DNA of 32,000 bases from Candidatus Saccharimonadota bacterium (GCA_041659445.1 JBAZYG010000002.1:189869-221868), one strand, 5' to 3'. Shown: positions 7,856 through 15,868, counted from the first letter of the stretch. Translations and numbers: made by a program. Notes: generated by a model not told the origin, from the sequence alone.

Positions 7856-8401
7856 TTATTTTTTATTTTTTTTCTTATTTAATAAAGATTTTTTGTAAAG
7901 AAATTTTAAATCTGAATAAACTGGAATTTCTTTTATCTTGAACATTTTAACTTCTAAAAACCAAATTAAAATAACAAATAAAGTACTTCCTAAATACCAA
8001 AATAATTTATGTGTGAAATCAAACCATGAAGAATCTGAAATATTCATCAAACTTAAAACAAAAATCCTGATTAAGTTTATTGCAAAAAATATTCCAAATG
8101 ACAATAAAATCATTTCAATTCTTTTTTTAGTTTTGATGTTTGGAACTGACAAATTCAAAATCAATAAGAATGAATATGCAGAACCAGCAATGCAAGCACC
8201 AATTATTTCAATTGCAATTCCGTTTACAAAAATAGTGTTTTCAATTAAACTTGGGTTATAAAAAAGATTCAATAAAAAAAATGTCGGATAGACTGTTAAA
8301 GGAAGAAATATAAAGTAAAACAAATTAAAACCAAAAAAACCTACAATCACAAGAATTAAATATCGAATAATTAAATTCAAATAAGGTTTTTTTTCTTTCA
8401 T
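7856..8401 (-). CDS. Short archaeosortase/exosortase-family integral membrane protein (putative)
   Basis: 181 aa with about 5 TM helices. Ordered motifs are IIGACIAGSAY (Cys), AINLIRIFVL (Arg) and DFTHKLFWY (His). This matches the order of conserved catalytic residues in exosortase/archaeosortase families as I recall them. Confidence 0.5.
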   Translation of the reverse strand: MKEKKPYLNLIIRYLILVIVGFFGFNLFYFIFLPLTVYPTFFLLNLFYNPSLIENTIFVNGIAIEIIGACIAGSAYSFLLILNLSVPNIKTKKRIEMILLSFGIFFAINLIRIFVLSLMNISDSSWFDFTHKLFWYLGSTLFVILIWFLEVKMFKIKEIPVYSDLKFLYKKSLLNKKKNKK

Positions 8402-8450
8402 AAATTAATCAAGTAAAAATCCTTTAAATAAATTGGGATTATTGAAAAGA

Positions 8451-8690
8451 TTAATGTTCTTCTAATTTTTTTTCAATTTCAGAAAGTAAATTCAAAGTTT
8501 TAATTACATGACAAGGGCTTTTTGGAGAACTATTTATTCTACAAAAATATTTTCCTTTATTTTTAGAATTAATAATTTCTGCAGGAATTATACCTGTTTC
8601 ATTATTCGAATTTTCTCGATTAAAAAAATATACTGTATAGTTATCACAACTCAAATTTTTGCATTCAATATATTCTGTTATTTCTGTCAT
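8451..8690 (-). CDS. Small 4-Cys protein (possible zinc-binding), unknown function
   Basis: 79 aa with C10, C15, C50 and C60. Last gene of a four-gene minus-strand operon. TAAAATG junction with the upstream gene. Confidence 0.5.
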   Translation of the reverse strand: MTEITEYIECKNLSCDNYTVYFFNRENSNNETGIIPAEIINSKNKGKYFCRINSSPKSPCHVIKTLNLLSEIEKKLEEH

Positions 8691-8691
8691 T

Positions 8692-9165
8692 TTATTCCTG
8701 TTCGTTTGTTGGATTTAATTCAAGATAATTCTGATAAGCTCTTTCCCAATCATTTGATGTTGGAAAATAGTTTGTTGCACTATCTTGAATTCCCATTAAT
8801 GAATGTATTCGGTATTGTTCTTTTATACTTAATCCATTTTTATCTGAATCAATTGCTTGAAGTAAAAAATCTTTATGTGATTCTTTGATTGAATTTTCAA
8901 TTGAAGTCTGTTTTGTTTTTTTACGAAATTCTTTAAATTGTTTAGGTGTCCAAATATCTAATTGAAAGCCAAAGGCTGCTATATATATTCCAAATATTCC
9001 ACTCCAAATTGAATTTAAACTAGTTTTTGTGTTATTAATTTTTCTAGAATCTTTATTTTGTTTTGACAACTTTTCATTTAATTTATTATATGCTACAAAT
9101 CCAAAAGGCACAGCCAAAGAAGCATTTCCTATTATTTTTTTTGTTCTATCTGATAATTTTTTCAT
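8692..9165 (-). CDS. Hypothetical membrane-associated protein
   Basis: 157 aa with hydrophobic segments (ASLAVPFGFVAY, IWSGIFGIYIAAFGF). TAAAATG junctions on both sides. Confidence 0.5.
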   Translation of the reverse strand: MKKLSDRTKKIIGNASLAVPFGFVAYNKLNEKLSKQNKDSRKINNTKTSLNSIWSGIFGIYIAAFGFQLDIWTPKQFKEFRKKTKQTSIENSIKESHKDFLLQAIDSDKNGLSIKEQYRIHSLMGIQDSATNYFPTSNDWERAYQNYLELNPTNEQE

Positions 9166-9166
9166 T

Positions 9167-9484
9167 TTAATTTTTTAAAGTTTTTTTAATTATTTTTTTT
9201 TCATCAAAAAATAAATCATAAGCCCATTTTGGAAGAATATTTGAAAGAAAATCTGAACGAGAAATATAGAATAAATCTGGTTGGTTTCCAGCTAACGCAT
9301 ATGTGTTTAGGGTTGGAAAATGTTTGTAATTATTGGAAGTTCCAATTGTGCTTTCATCAAAATATTGAACTATTTCATTTTTATGGTATTCTGCATATCT
9401 TTCTTCAACAGGTAAAACTTGTCCAATAACTAATTTTTCTAAATCAATTAAAATTGGACACCAATCTTCTTCGCCGTCTCCCAT
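9167..9484 (-). CDS. Hypothetical protein
   Basis: The ORF track starts at 9514 and overlaps the upstream gene by 29 nt. ATG at 9484 (MGDGEEDW...) instead forms the recurrent TAAAATG junction with the upstream stop at 9486-9488, so I prefer it. Confidence 0.5.
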   Translation of the reverse strand: MGDGEEDWCPILIDLEKLVIGQVLPVEERYAEYHKNEIVQYFDESTIGTSNNYKHFPTLNTYALAGNQPDLFYISRSDFLSNILPKWAYDLFFDEKKIIKKTLKN

Positions 9485-9485
9485 T

Positions 9486-11117
9486 TTATCTTCTGTAAAC
9501 TCGTACAGCAACAATTATAATTGCAATAACCAGAATTAAATTCAATAAAATTATTCCGCCAAGTTTCCAATTTTGTTTTATCCAATCTGCAACTGGAAGA
9601 TTAGAATCTTTTATTGTAACTCCAATAGGTTGTTTCAAAAGCAATTCATTACTATCAGAATAAACTTCTAAATTGAAAATTTGATCTCCAATAGAATCTT
9701 TAACAGTGTCGAAAATCAATTCAACTTCTGCACTTTCTCCAGCTTTAATTGTTATAGCTTCTTCAGCATTAGAATTTAAACTTGCCCATGTTTCGTAATT
9801 CTTTGGTTTAACAACATAAGTCACGTCTTTATCACTTGGATTTGTAAGTGTAGCTTTAATTATTAAATCTCTTCCTGCAATAGCTTCTTCAGAAACCATT
9901 TCTGCATTAACAACAGGAACAATCTTTAATGAGCATCCTTCTACTTTAAAGTTAATTTGGAAAGTTGCAGTGTCGTCTTCACTGTTTTCAAAAATATCAC
10001 TGTCTTCGTCGTAAACTTCAAATTTAATATTATACCATTTATCTTCTAAGTTTTTTGGAATAGTAAATGTGTAAATTAAATTAGCATTATCATAAGAATC
10101 AATATCTCCTAATTCAATTTTGTCATTAATACTCAAGTCATTACTATAAACAATAACACTAACTTCTTGTTGATCAGAATCGCCAATGTTCCAAGCTTCT
10201 GCATTTATTGTAATTTCTTGATTGCATGTAAGAATAGTGTTTTCCAATGTCTTATCATTTAATAATTCAACACCATTCATTTCAAAGTTGTTTAATAAAA
10301 CAAAACTTTCATCTGCTCTTACTTCTGTTTCTGAAGTATCAGAGCTACAAGAATATTCGTTATCGTAAACTCCTGCATTGCTGTCATCAATTTGTCCCTT
10401 TGCTTTAACATAAAGAATAGCATTTTCATCTGCAAATTCATCAATATTATCATTTAAAATAAAAGAGAATGTAACTGTTTCGTCGTCTCCTTCTTTAAGT
10501 TTAAAATCACTTAATGTGTCATCTGCTATTTTTTTGCCTCCAGTTGTGTACAAAGCCCATTCAATTTCAACATCTTGAATATCCCAGTCTCCAGTATTAT
10601 CTACATTTACTTCAACTTCAACTTCATCAAAAGGATACCAATAATTATCATCATCTCCAAATCCATTAATAACTTTAACATTTTCAATGTTTAATTCTAA
10701 TGCTCCTGGATTTGCAGTATTTTCACAATAATCTACAGGTTCAAATGAAACAGTTTGTGATTCAACAAGTGCGTTATTTGAACTATTAGCTACTTTTATA
10801 ATAGCAGTGTAAGTTTTTCCAAATTGAAAATTAAAATTAGAAGCATTGTAAGTTGCAGTTATGGATTTTGTTGAATCTCCTGTAATTGTTATTTCAGTTA
10901 CATTTGGAGTAAATGCAATTGTTTCTGCATTGCTTATTGATATATTATATGTTCCAGTTTCACCCACAAAGTTAACATCAAAAGTGAAAGAAGTTCCATC
11001 AGTTTGTAATAAACTAGGTTGAATATTTGTAATTGTTACTGCAGCGCTTGCTAATCCTAAGAATGCAATCATTAAGAAAACACTAGTCAATCCAAACAAA
11101 ACTGTTTTTTTGTTCAT
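9486..11117 (-). CDS. Large secreted surface protein with repeated beta-rich (Ig/CARDB-like) modules and a C-terminal TM + basic tail
   Basis: Signal peptide MNKKTVLFGLTSVFLMIAFLGLASAAV. Acidic, beta-rich repeats. C-terminus ...NLPVADWIKQNWKLGGIILLNLILVIAIIIVAVRVYRR has the tripartite sorting-signal architecture. Confidence 0.7.
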   Translation of the reverse strand: MNKKTVLFGLTSVFLMIAFLGLASAAVTITNIQPSLLQTDGTSFTFDVNFVGETGTYNISISNAETIAFTPNVTEITITGDSTKSITATYNASNFNFQFGKTYTAIIKVANSSNNALVESQTVSFEPVDYCENTANPGALELNIENVKVINGFGDDDNYWYPFDEVEVEVNVDNTGDWDIQDVEIEWALYTTGGKKIADDTLSDFKLKEGDDETVTFSFILNDNIDEFADENAILYVKAKGQIDDSNAGVYDNEYSCSSDTSETEVRADESFVLLNNFEMNGVELLNDKTLENTILTCNQEITINAEAWNIGDSDQQEVSVIVYSNDLSINDKIELGDIDSYDNANLIYTFTIPKNLEDKWYNIKFEVYDEDSDIFENSEDDTATFQINFKVEGCSLKIVPVVNAEMVSEEAIAGRDLIIKATLTNPSDKDVTYVVKPKNYETWASLNSNAEEAITIKAGESAEVELIFDTVKDSIGDQIFNLEVYSDSNELLLKQPIGVTIKDSNLPVADWIKQNWKLGGIILLNLILVIAIIIVAVRVYRR

Positions 11118-11229
11118 TTTAATGTAATCATTTTTGAGTTACTATGGTTTATAAGCTTTTCTGTGATTAAATATATATAATAAATAACCTATTCAAAACC
11201 TTTATATAATTTTTTGAATTGTAATTCTA

Positions 11230-11622
11230 ATGGTTTTAAAAGCAAAGGAAAATACATTCGGTGCATGGGCTTTTTTAATAGGTGTAATTTTAGCTGTGTT
11301 GATTGGTATTTTCACTGCTTCTTTTTTATCAATAGATTCAATAACAAAATATAGCCCTGAAATTTATGCAATTCTTGTTTTACTTGGAGCAATAATTGGT
11401 TTTTCAATAAGAGTTGTTGGAAGAGACGCTCAGAACTTTTTGATAGCAGGAGTTATTATTGTTATTGTAAGTAAGTTTGGAATGGAAAGTGTTATAAGTT
11501 CTTTAATTGGCATTGGAATTGGAGATATGGTAACTTCAATTTTTGCAGCTTTGCTTGCTTTATTTATTCCCGCAACAATAATTGTAGCAATAAAAACTTT
11601 GTTTTCTGTAGCTAAGATTTAA
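11230..11622 (+). CDS. Small integral membrane protein (about 4 TM), unknown function
   Basis: 130 aa, almost entirely hydrophobic helices (AWAFLIGVILAVLIGIFTASFL, IYAILVLLGAIIGF, LIAGVIIVIV, IFAALLALFIPATIIVAI). Confidence 0.55.
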   Translation: MVLKAKENTFGAWAFLIGVILAVLIGIFTASFLSIDSITKYSPEIYAILVLLGAIIGFSIRVVGRDAQNFLIAGVIIVIVSKFGMESVISSLIGIGIGDMVTSIFAALLALFIPATIIVAIKTLFSVAKI

Positions 11623-11673
11623 TTAAGAATTATTTAATAGAAATCATTTAAAAAAATATTTTTTTAAAAATCT

Positions 11674-12072
11674 TTAATAATCATCAAAGTCGCTTTTCTT
11701 CTTTTCTTCTTTTGGTTGCTCAATTTCTCTTGGGATTGTAGCAAAAGAAGGTGTTACGATTATAACTTCTCCAAAACCAGCAATACTTCCATTCAATGCT
11801 TCAGCTGTTTTCTTTATTTTTGAAATAGCCCTCTTTAATTCAATTGGGTCTTTCTTTTTTAGGTTTTGAATATTTATAACTGCAATTGTATATCCTTCTC
11901 TTAGATAGTTCAAAATCTTTGTTGTATCTTCATATTCTCTTAACATAAAAAGTCTTACAAGAATTTTAGCAGATTTTTTTTCTTGGTTTTCTAAATCAAT
12001 TTCTAAATAGTCTTCTCCAGGAGAACTAGATTTAGATCCTGACAATGCGTTTCTTAATTTTTTGAATGCCAT
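11674..12072 (-). CDS. sepF: Cell division protein SepF (FtsZ membrane anchor)
   Basis: N-terminal amphipathic MAFKKLRNAL, a linker, then the SepF core ILVRLFMLREYEDTTKILNYLREGYTIAVINIQNL...LKRAISKIKKTAEALNGSIAGFGEVIIVTP. TATA-like ATATTTATAAAG sits about 30 nt upstream. Confidence 0.7.
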   Translation of the reverse strand: MAFKKLRNALSGSKSSSPGEDYLEIDLENQEKKSAKILVRLFMLREYEDTTKILNYLREGYTIAVINIQNLKKKDPIELKRAISKIKKTAEALNGSIAGFGEVIIVTPSFATIPREIEQPKEEKKKSDFDDY

Positions 12073-12138
12073 AACTTAATTTAGATATTATCCCTTTATA
12101 AATATTTCGGGGATTTTTTATATACATTAAACAGAAAA

Positions 12139-12456
12139 TCACTCTTTTAGTATTTCTTTCCGTATTTTCTCAGATTTTTCCATGAAAGCTTTTTCTTGCT
12201 TTTCAATTGTTTTTAATCTAAGGTTCAACACATTTTCTTTGTTTTTTAATTCTTCTTTAACTTCTTTTTTATCTTTTTTTATCATTAATGAACCAATAAT
12301 CTTGTAAACGTCATCTCCAGATTTTTCAATTTCATTAGTTGCAGACTTTGTTTCAGCAAGTTCCATTTCAAAAGCTTGTTTTTGTAAAAGAATATTTTGT
12401 AAACTCTGTTCTATAATTTGCATTTCTTGTAATTTTTTCTCGTCGATTTTTTCCAT
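12139..12456 (-). CDS. pfdB: Prefoldin beta subunit
   Basis: 105-aa coiled-coil / beta-hairpin / coiled-coil pattern (LQEMQIIEQSLQNILLQKQAFEMELAETKSA...VYKIIGSLMIKKDK...). Lies in the conserved archaeal context after rpl37ae-rpoP. Confidence 0.8.
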   Translation of the reverse strand: MEKIDEKKLQEMQIIEQSLQNILLQKQAFEMELAETKSATNEIEKSGDDVYKIIGSLMIKKDKKEVKEELKNKENVLNLRLKTIEKQEKAFMEKSEKIRKEILKE

Positions 12457-12463
12457 TTTAAAA

Positions 12464-12601
12464 TTAGATTGCTTTAATTTTTTTTACTTTTGTCCTCGGT
12501 TTAAAAAAAATCTTGCTACCACAAAAAGGGCAAACAAATCTTTTTTTCAAATCTTTGCTATCAATTTCTTTTTCACATTTAAAGCACTTATATTTTGCCA
12601 T
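12464..12601 (-). CDS. rpoP: DNA-directed RNA polymerase subunit P (Rpo12/RPABC4)
   Basis: Not in the ORF track (45 aa). My translation is MAKYKCFKCEKEIDSKDLKKRFVCPFCGSKIFFKPRTKVKKIKAI*. It has a CxxC...CxxC zinc ribbon. TAAAATG junction with the rpl37ae stop. The rpl37ae-rpoP-pfdB order is the conserved archaeal one. Confidence 0.8.
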   Translation of the reverse strand: MAKYKCFKCEKEIDSKDLKKRFVCPFCGSKIFFKPRTKVKKIKAI

Positions 12602-12602
12602 T

Positions 12603-12827
12603 TTATTCTTCCTTTAAATAATAGGTATCTGATGCGAATTTTTTTCCGCATTTTTTACAATACCAAATTCCTTTTGCAGTTCTTTTAACTCCAGGTCTTT
12701 TGCAAAAAGGACATTTTTGTTTAATTCTTTGATGAACTTCAACTTTTACTAATTTGTCTCTAACCCTTTTCCCATATCTTGAACCAAATCGTCCTGCAGA
12801 TTTTGTTTTTTTTGATTTTGTTGTCAT
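12603..12827 (-). CDS. rpl37ae: 50S ribosomal protein L37Ae (eL43)
   Basis: GRFGSRYGKRVRDKLVKVEVHQRIKQKCPFCKRPGVKRTAKGIWYCKKCGKKFASDTYY is the diagnostic zinc-ribbon pattern. Confidence 0.9.
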   Translation of the reverse strand: MTTKSKKTKSAGRFGSRYGKRVRDKLVKVEVHQRIKQKCPFCKRPGVKRTAKGIWYCKKCGKKFASDTYYLKEE

Positions 12828-12828
12828 A

Positions 12829-13077
12829 TTAATTTAGTATTTTAGACATTTTTTCTAATTTTTTTATGTCTTTAAATTCTCCTCTAATCATTAAAGAGAC
12901 AATATTTTTATTAGTCATGATTTCTGTAAGAGTTAAATTATAATCTGGAAGATAAAAATCTTTGACAAAGGTATTTTCGTAGTTGATATGTGGCCCGTTA
13001 ATTAATTTTAGATTATTTTCTTCTAAATAATTTTCTATTTGTCTTAATCTTTTTTGAGGGTATACTTTTGTTGTCAT
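12829..13077 (-). CDS. Hypothetical protein (82 aa)
   Basis: Long open frame in AT-rich DNA, tightly coupled to flanking genes. No family recognised. Confidence 0.45.
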   Translation of the reverse strand: MTTKVYPQKRLRQIENYLEENNLKLINGPHINYENTFVKDFYLPDYNLTLTEIMTNKNIVSLMIRGEFKDIKKLEKMSKILN

Positions 13078-13078
13078 T

Positions 13079-13306
13079 TTAATTTAAGATAAATGATTCG
13101 ACGAAGTTTACTAATGTGGAATTGTATTCTGAATCCAGAACATATTTTTCTTTATAATCATCAATTACTTTTTTTACTTTATCTATATTTTCATCTAGTA
13201 CTTTTGTTTGATGATTTTTAAATAATCCTATGAAATATTCCATTCTTGATTCATAATATTTCATACTTCCTTCATAAGTTTCTGTTTTTTGTTCTAATTC
13301 TGTCAT
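13079..13306 (-). CDS. Hypothetical helical protein (75 aa)
   Basis: Open frame and first gene after tRNA-Pro. TAAAATG junction to the next gene. No family recognised. Confidence 0.45.
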   Translation of the reverse strand: MTELEQKTETYEGSMKYYESRMEYFIGLFKNHQTKVLDENIDKVKKVIDDYKEKYVLDSEYNSTLVNFVESFILN

Positions 13307-13327
13307 TTTGATTTTTTCGTCGATAAA

Positions 13328-13400
13328 ATGGGGCTACCCGGATTTGAACCGGGGTCGTCAGGTCCCAAACCTGAAAGGCTACCAGGCTACCCCATAACCC
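13328..13400 (-). tRNA. tRNA-Pro (anticodon UGG)
   Basis: Reverse complement reads GGGGTTATGGGGTAGCCTGGTAGCCTTTCAGGTTTGGGACCTGACGACCCCGGTTCAAATCCGGGTAGCCCCA. Acceptor GGGGTTA/TAGCCCC, anticodon arm TCAGG-TTTGGGA-CCTGA, T arm CCCGG-TTCAAAT-CCGGG. No encoded CCA. Confidence 0.9.
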
Positions 13401-13445
13401 CATTTTAAAAATAGAGCTATCGGTATTTATAAAGCTATTCGATTA

Positions 13446-14123
13446 TTATTTGGATTTTTTAGCTGGTGCTTTTTCTTCTTTTTTAACAGGTGTAGTAACA
13501 GGTTTAGCAACTTCTTTCTTTTCTGGTTCCTTTGCTTGTTCTGCTTCTTTAGCAGCCTGCGCAGCTTTCAATTTTTTATCTTGTTCAGCTTTAACTTTTT
13601 CAAAAAAATCTTTTAAAGATTTTTTCTTTTCTTCAGATGCTTCTGTAATTTCTTTATTAATTTCTTTATCATAAATTCCTTTTTCAATTTCTCTTTCAAT
13701 TTCTTGAGGCAATTTATTTTCAATTAAGATACCTAAACTAACACAACTTCCTGCAACAGTTTTAGTAGCAGTTTTTAAATCATTACACAATAAATTTTGA
13801 GATTTTGTTTTTGCAACTTTAATTATTTGTTCAATTGAAGCATTTGCAACTTTTATGTTTTTTTGAGTGCTAGAACCTTTATCGATTTTTAGTTCTTTTT
13901 TTAATAATTCTGAAACAGGAGGAGAAAATACTTTTACTTCAAAAGATTTTGTTCCAGCGTCGACATCTAATTCAATTGGAACTTTCATTCCATCAAAATC
14001 TTTTGTTGCTTCATTTACTTTTGAAATAACAGAATTGATATTAATTCCAAGTGGTCCTAATTTTTGACTTAATGCTGGACCTGGTTTCATTGCTCCACCT
14101 TCTGCTAAAATTTTAATTTGCAT
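13446..14123 (-). CDS. rpl11: 50S ribosomal protein L11 with a roughly 67-aa Lys/Glu/Ala-rich C-terminal extension
   Basis: MQIKILAEGGAMKPGPALSQKLGPLGININSVISKVNEAT... Start moved to ATG 14123, which forms a TAAAATG junction with the spt5 stop. Tail sequence: ...EEKKKSLKDFFEKVKAEQDKKLKAAQAAKEAEQAKEPEKKEVAKPVTTPVKKEEKAPAKKSK. Confidence 0.9.
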   Translation of the reverse strand: MQIKILAEGGAMKPGPALSQKLGPLGININSVISKVNEATKDFDGMKVPIELDVDAGTKSFEVKVFSPPVSELLKKELKIDKGSSTQKNIKVANASIEQIIKVAKTKSQNLLCNDLKTATKTVAGSCVSLGILIENKLPQEIEREIEKGIYDKEINKEITEASEEKKKSLKDFFEKVKAEQDKKLKAAQAAKEAEQAKEPEKKEVAKPVTTPVKKEEKAPAKKSK

Positions 14124-14124
14124 T

Positions 14125-14571
14125 TTATTCTTCGTTTTCACGTCTGATAACTTTTACATTATCTAATTTAATTGTAACTGGAAGCGGTATAACTGCTCCA
14201 AGTAAACTTACTACTACTTCTTCTTTTTGTTTGTCTATTCTTAAAACTTTTGCTTTTTCACCTTTTAATGTAGAACCAATAATTTCAATAATGTCTCCTT
14301 CTTTTATTGTAATTGTAGCAACACTTGGTTCAACCATATTCTTTATCTCGTCGTAAGTTATAGTTTTTCCAATGATTCCTTTAATATATGGTAAATTATA
14401 AACTGCTTCTTCTGCAGATTCTCTGTCTTCTGCTTCTAAGAAAATATATCCTCTTACTCCATGAGGTCTTAAAACAGAAAAAACATTTAATGATTTTTTT
14501 GTTGCTCTTTCTGCGATTGTCTCGACTGCTCGATCTTCTTTATTTGTTGTAACTTTTATTACATATAACAT
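14125..14571 (-). CDS. spt5: Transcription elongation factor Spt5 (archaeal NusG)
   Basis: NGN domain (MLYVIKVTTNKEDRAVETIA...GYIFLEAED) plus KOW motif (IKEGDIIEIIGSTLKGEKAKVLRID). Lies immediately upstream of rpl11, as is usual in archaea. Confidence 0.85.
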   Translation of the reverse strand: MLYVIKVTTNKEDRAVETIAERATKKSLNVFSVLRPHGVRGYIFLEAEDRESAEEAVYNLPYIKGIIGKTITYDEIKNMVEPSVATITIKEGDIIEIIGSTLKGEKAKVLRIDKQKEEVVVSLLGAVIPLPVTIKLDNVKVIRRENEE

Positions 14572-14636
14572 GTTCTTTAGCTCCGTCTACCTCTTAACTT
14601 TCTAAGAAGTAGATGATAATTTATAAAGTTAGAGGT

Positions 14637-15236
14637 TTATAAATCTTTTTCCCAATATTTTTTTCCAAATTCATTGTAGTATTCCTGTTCTTTTTCCTTT
14701 AACTTTAAAATTTTTGGATTAGAATAAAAAATTTCTTTATTTTTAATTTCTAAATTTTTTACTTTCAAAATAGAGAAATTCATTGGAAGTGTTTTTGATT
14801 CAGGAGAAATATTTAATAAAATCAAGTTGAAATTTCTTTTATTCAAATTATTAAGTATAACCCCCTCTAAAATATTTCCTTTATATTTTATAGAATATAT
14901 TTTATTTTTTGAAACTTCTTTTTGTTTTTCATAAATTCCTTTTTTATTCAATAATTCTTTTATATAATTTGCTTGATAATAATCTTTATGATCTCCAAAA
15001 ATAATTTCATTATCTGTTAAAGCTCTAATATCTCGTATATCTGTTAATTCTAATTGATTTTCTTTTATTTTATATTTATTAAAATAAATTAAAACTGATT
15101 TTTGTGAATTTGGATTAACCCCTGCTAAAACCTCTTGCAATCCTTTTTTTCTCTTTTTTCCTAAGTAAACTACTTTTATATTGTAATTATAAACTCCATT
15201 AAGATTGTAAACTTCACCAAGTTCAAGATTTGTCAT
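14637..15236 (-). CDS. Hypothetical protein (199 aa) inserted between secE and spt5
   Basis: Long open frame. Possibly two internally similar halves, but that similarity is weak and by eye only. No family recognised. Confidence 0.5.
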   Translation of the reverse strand: MTNLELGEVYNLNGVYNYNIKVVYLGKKRKKGLQEVLAGVNPNSQKSVLIYFNKYKIKENQLELTDIRDIRALTDNEIIFGDHKDYYQANYIKELLNKKGIYEKQKEVSKNKIYSIKYKGNILEGVILNNLNKRNFNLILLNISPESKTLPMNFSILKVKNLEIKNKEIFYSNPKILKLKEKEQEYYNEFGKKYWEKDL

Positions 15237-15286
15237 GAAATTTTATTAAATTTCTAATATAAAAATATTGTTTCAGTTAAGTATAA

Positions 15287-15466
15287 TCATTTGAAAGCAA
15301 GTTTCATTATTATAGAAATCAAAAATCCAACAACACCAAGGATTGCAATTCCAATTGCAGTGACTTTTGCAGTTAAGCTAAATTCCTGTTTTGTGGGTTT
15401 TTTCATTACAATCCAAACACGTTTGCATTTGTTAAAAAATGATTTTAATTTGTTCTCGTCTTCCAT
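15287..15466 (-). CDS. secE: Preprotein translocase subunit SecE (Sec61 gamma)
   Basis: Not in the ORF track on this strand (59 aa). My translation is MEDENKLKSFFNKCKRVWIVMKKPTKQEFSLTAKVTAIGIAILGVVGFLISIIMKLAFK*. It has the canonical KKPTxxEF motif and a single TM. The + strand ORF 15291-15473 is its antisense shadow. Confidence 0.8.
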   Translation of the reverse strand: MEDENKLKSFFNKCKRVWIVMKKPTKQEFSLTAKVTAIGIAILGVVGFLISIIMKLAFK

Positions 15467-15496
15467 GAAATAGATTAGAATAAGTTGTTTTTAAAT

Positions 15497-15817
15497 TTAT
15501 TCAAATTGAATTGAAATATTTTCATCTTTATTAAAACCAAGACAGTATATACATTTATAATCACTTGTTGCAATATCTGGACCCATTGGAGATCCTCCTG
15601 ATTCTGTTATTTTTGTAAGTTCATCAAGTTTTTCTTTGTTCTTTTCTAAAACTGTAGGATCCTTATATCTAAAACTTATTGATTTAATTTTTTCACCATA
15701 AAAAGGATAATCTAATTCAATTTGTTCAACATGTCCTAAATCAAAAACAGCTGTTTTATCAACTGTAACTTTTGTATTTTCTTCTGTAAATTTTATTTCA
15801 ATTGTATTTTTTACCAT
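15497..15817 (-). CDS. Hypothetical protein (106 aa)
   Basis: Open frame between ftsZ and secE on the same strand. No family recognised. Confidence 0.45.
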   Translation of the reverse strand: MVKNTIEIKFTEENTKVTVDKTAVFDLGHVEQIELDYPFYGEKIKSISFRYKDPTVLEKNKEKLDELTKITESGGSPMGPDIATSDYKCIYCLGFNKDENISIQFE

Positions 15818-15868
15818 AATTCAATTATTTTATTTTTCTTTATAAAAATTTATGTTGTTAAGTATATG

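Noticed and set aside
7938-9429. ORFs 7938-8261 (+), 8508-8888 (+) and 9229-9429 (+)
   Set aside because: They are antisense to the archaeosortase-like gene and to the 8451-9484 operon. The minus-strand frames have coherent TM or coupling evidence, and these do not.
13450-14067. ORFs 13450-13674 (+) and 13867-14067 (+)
   Set aside because: They are antisense to rpl11, which is unambiguous.
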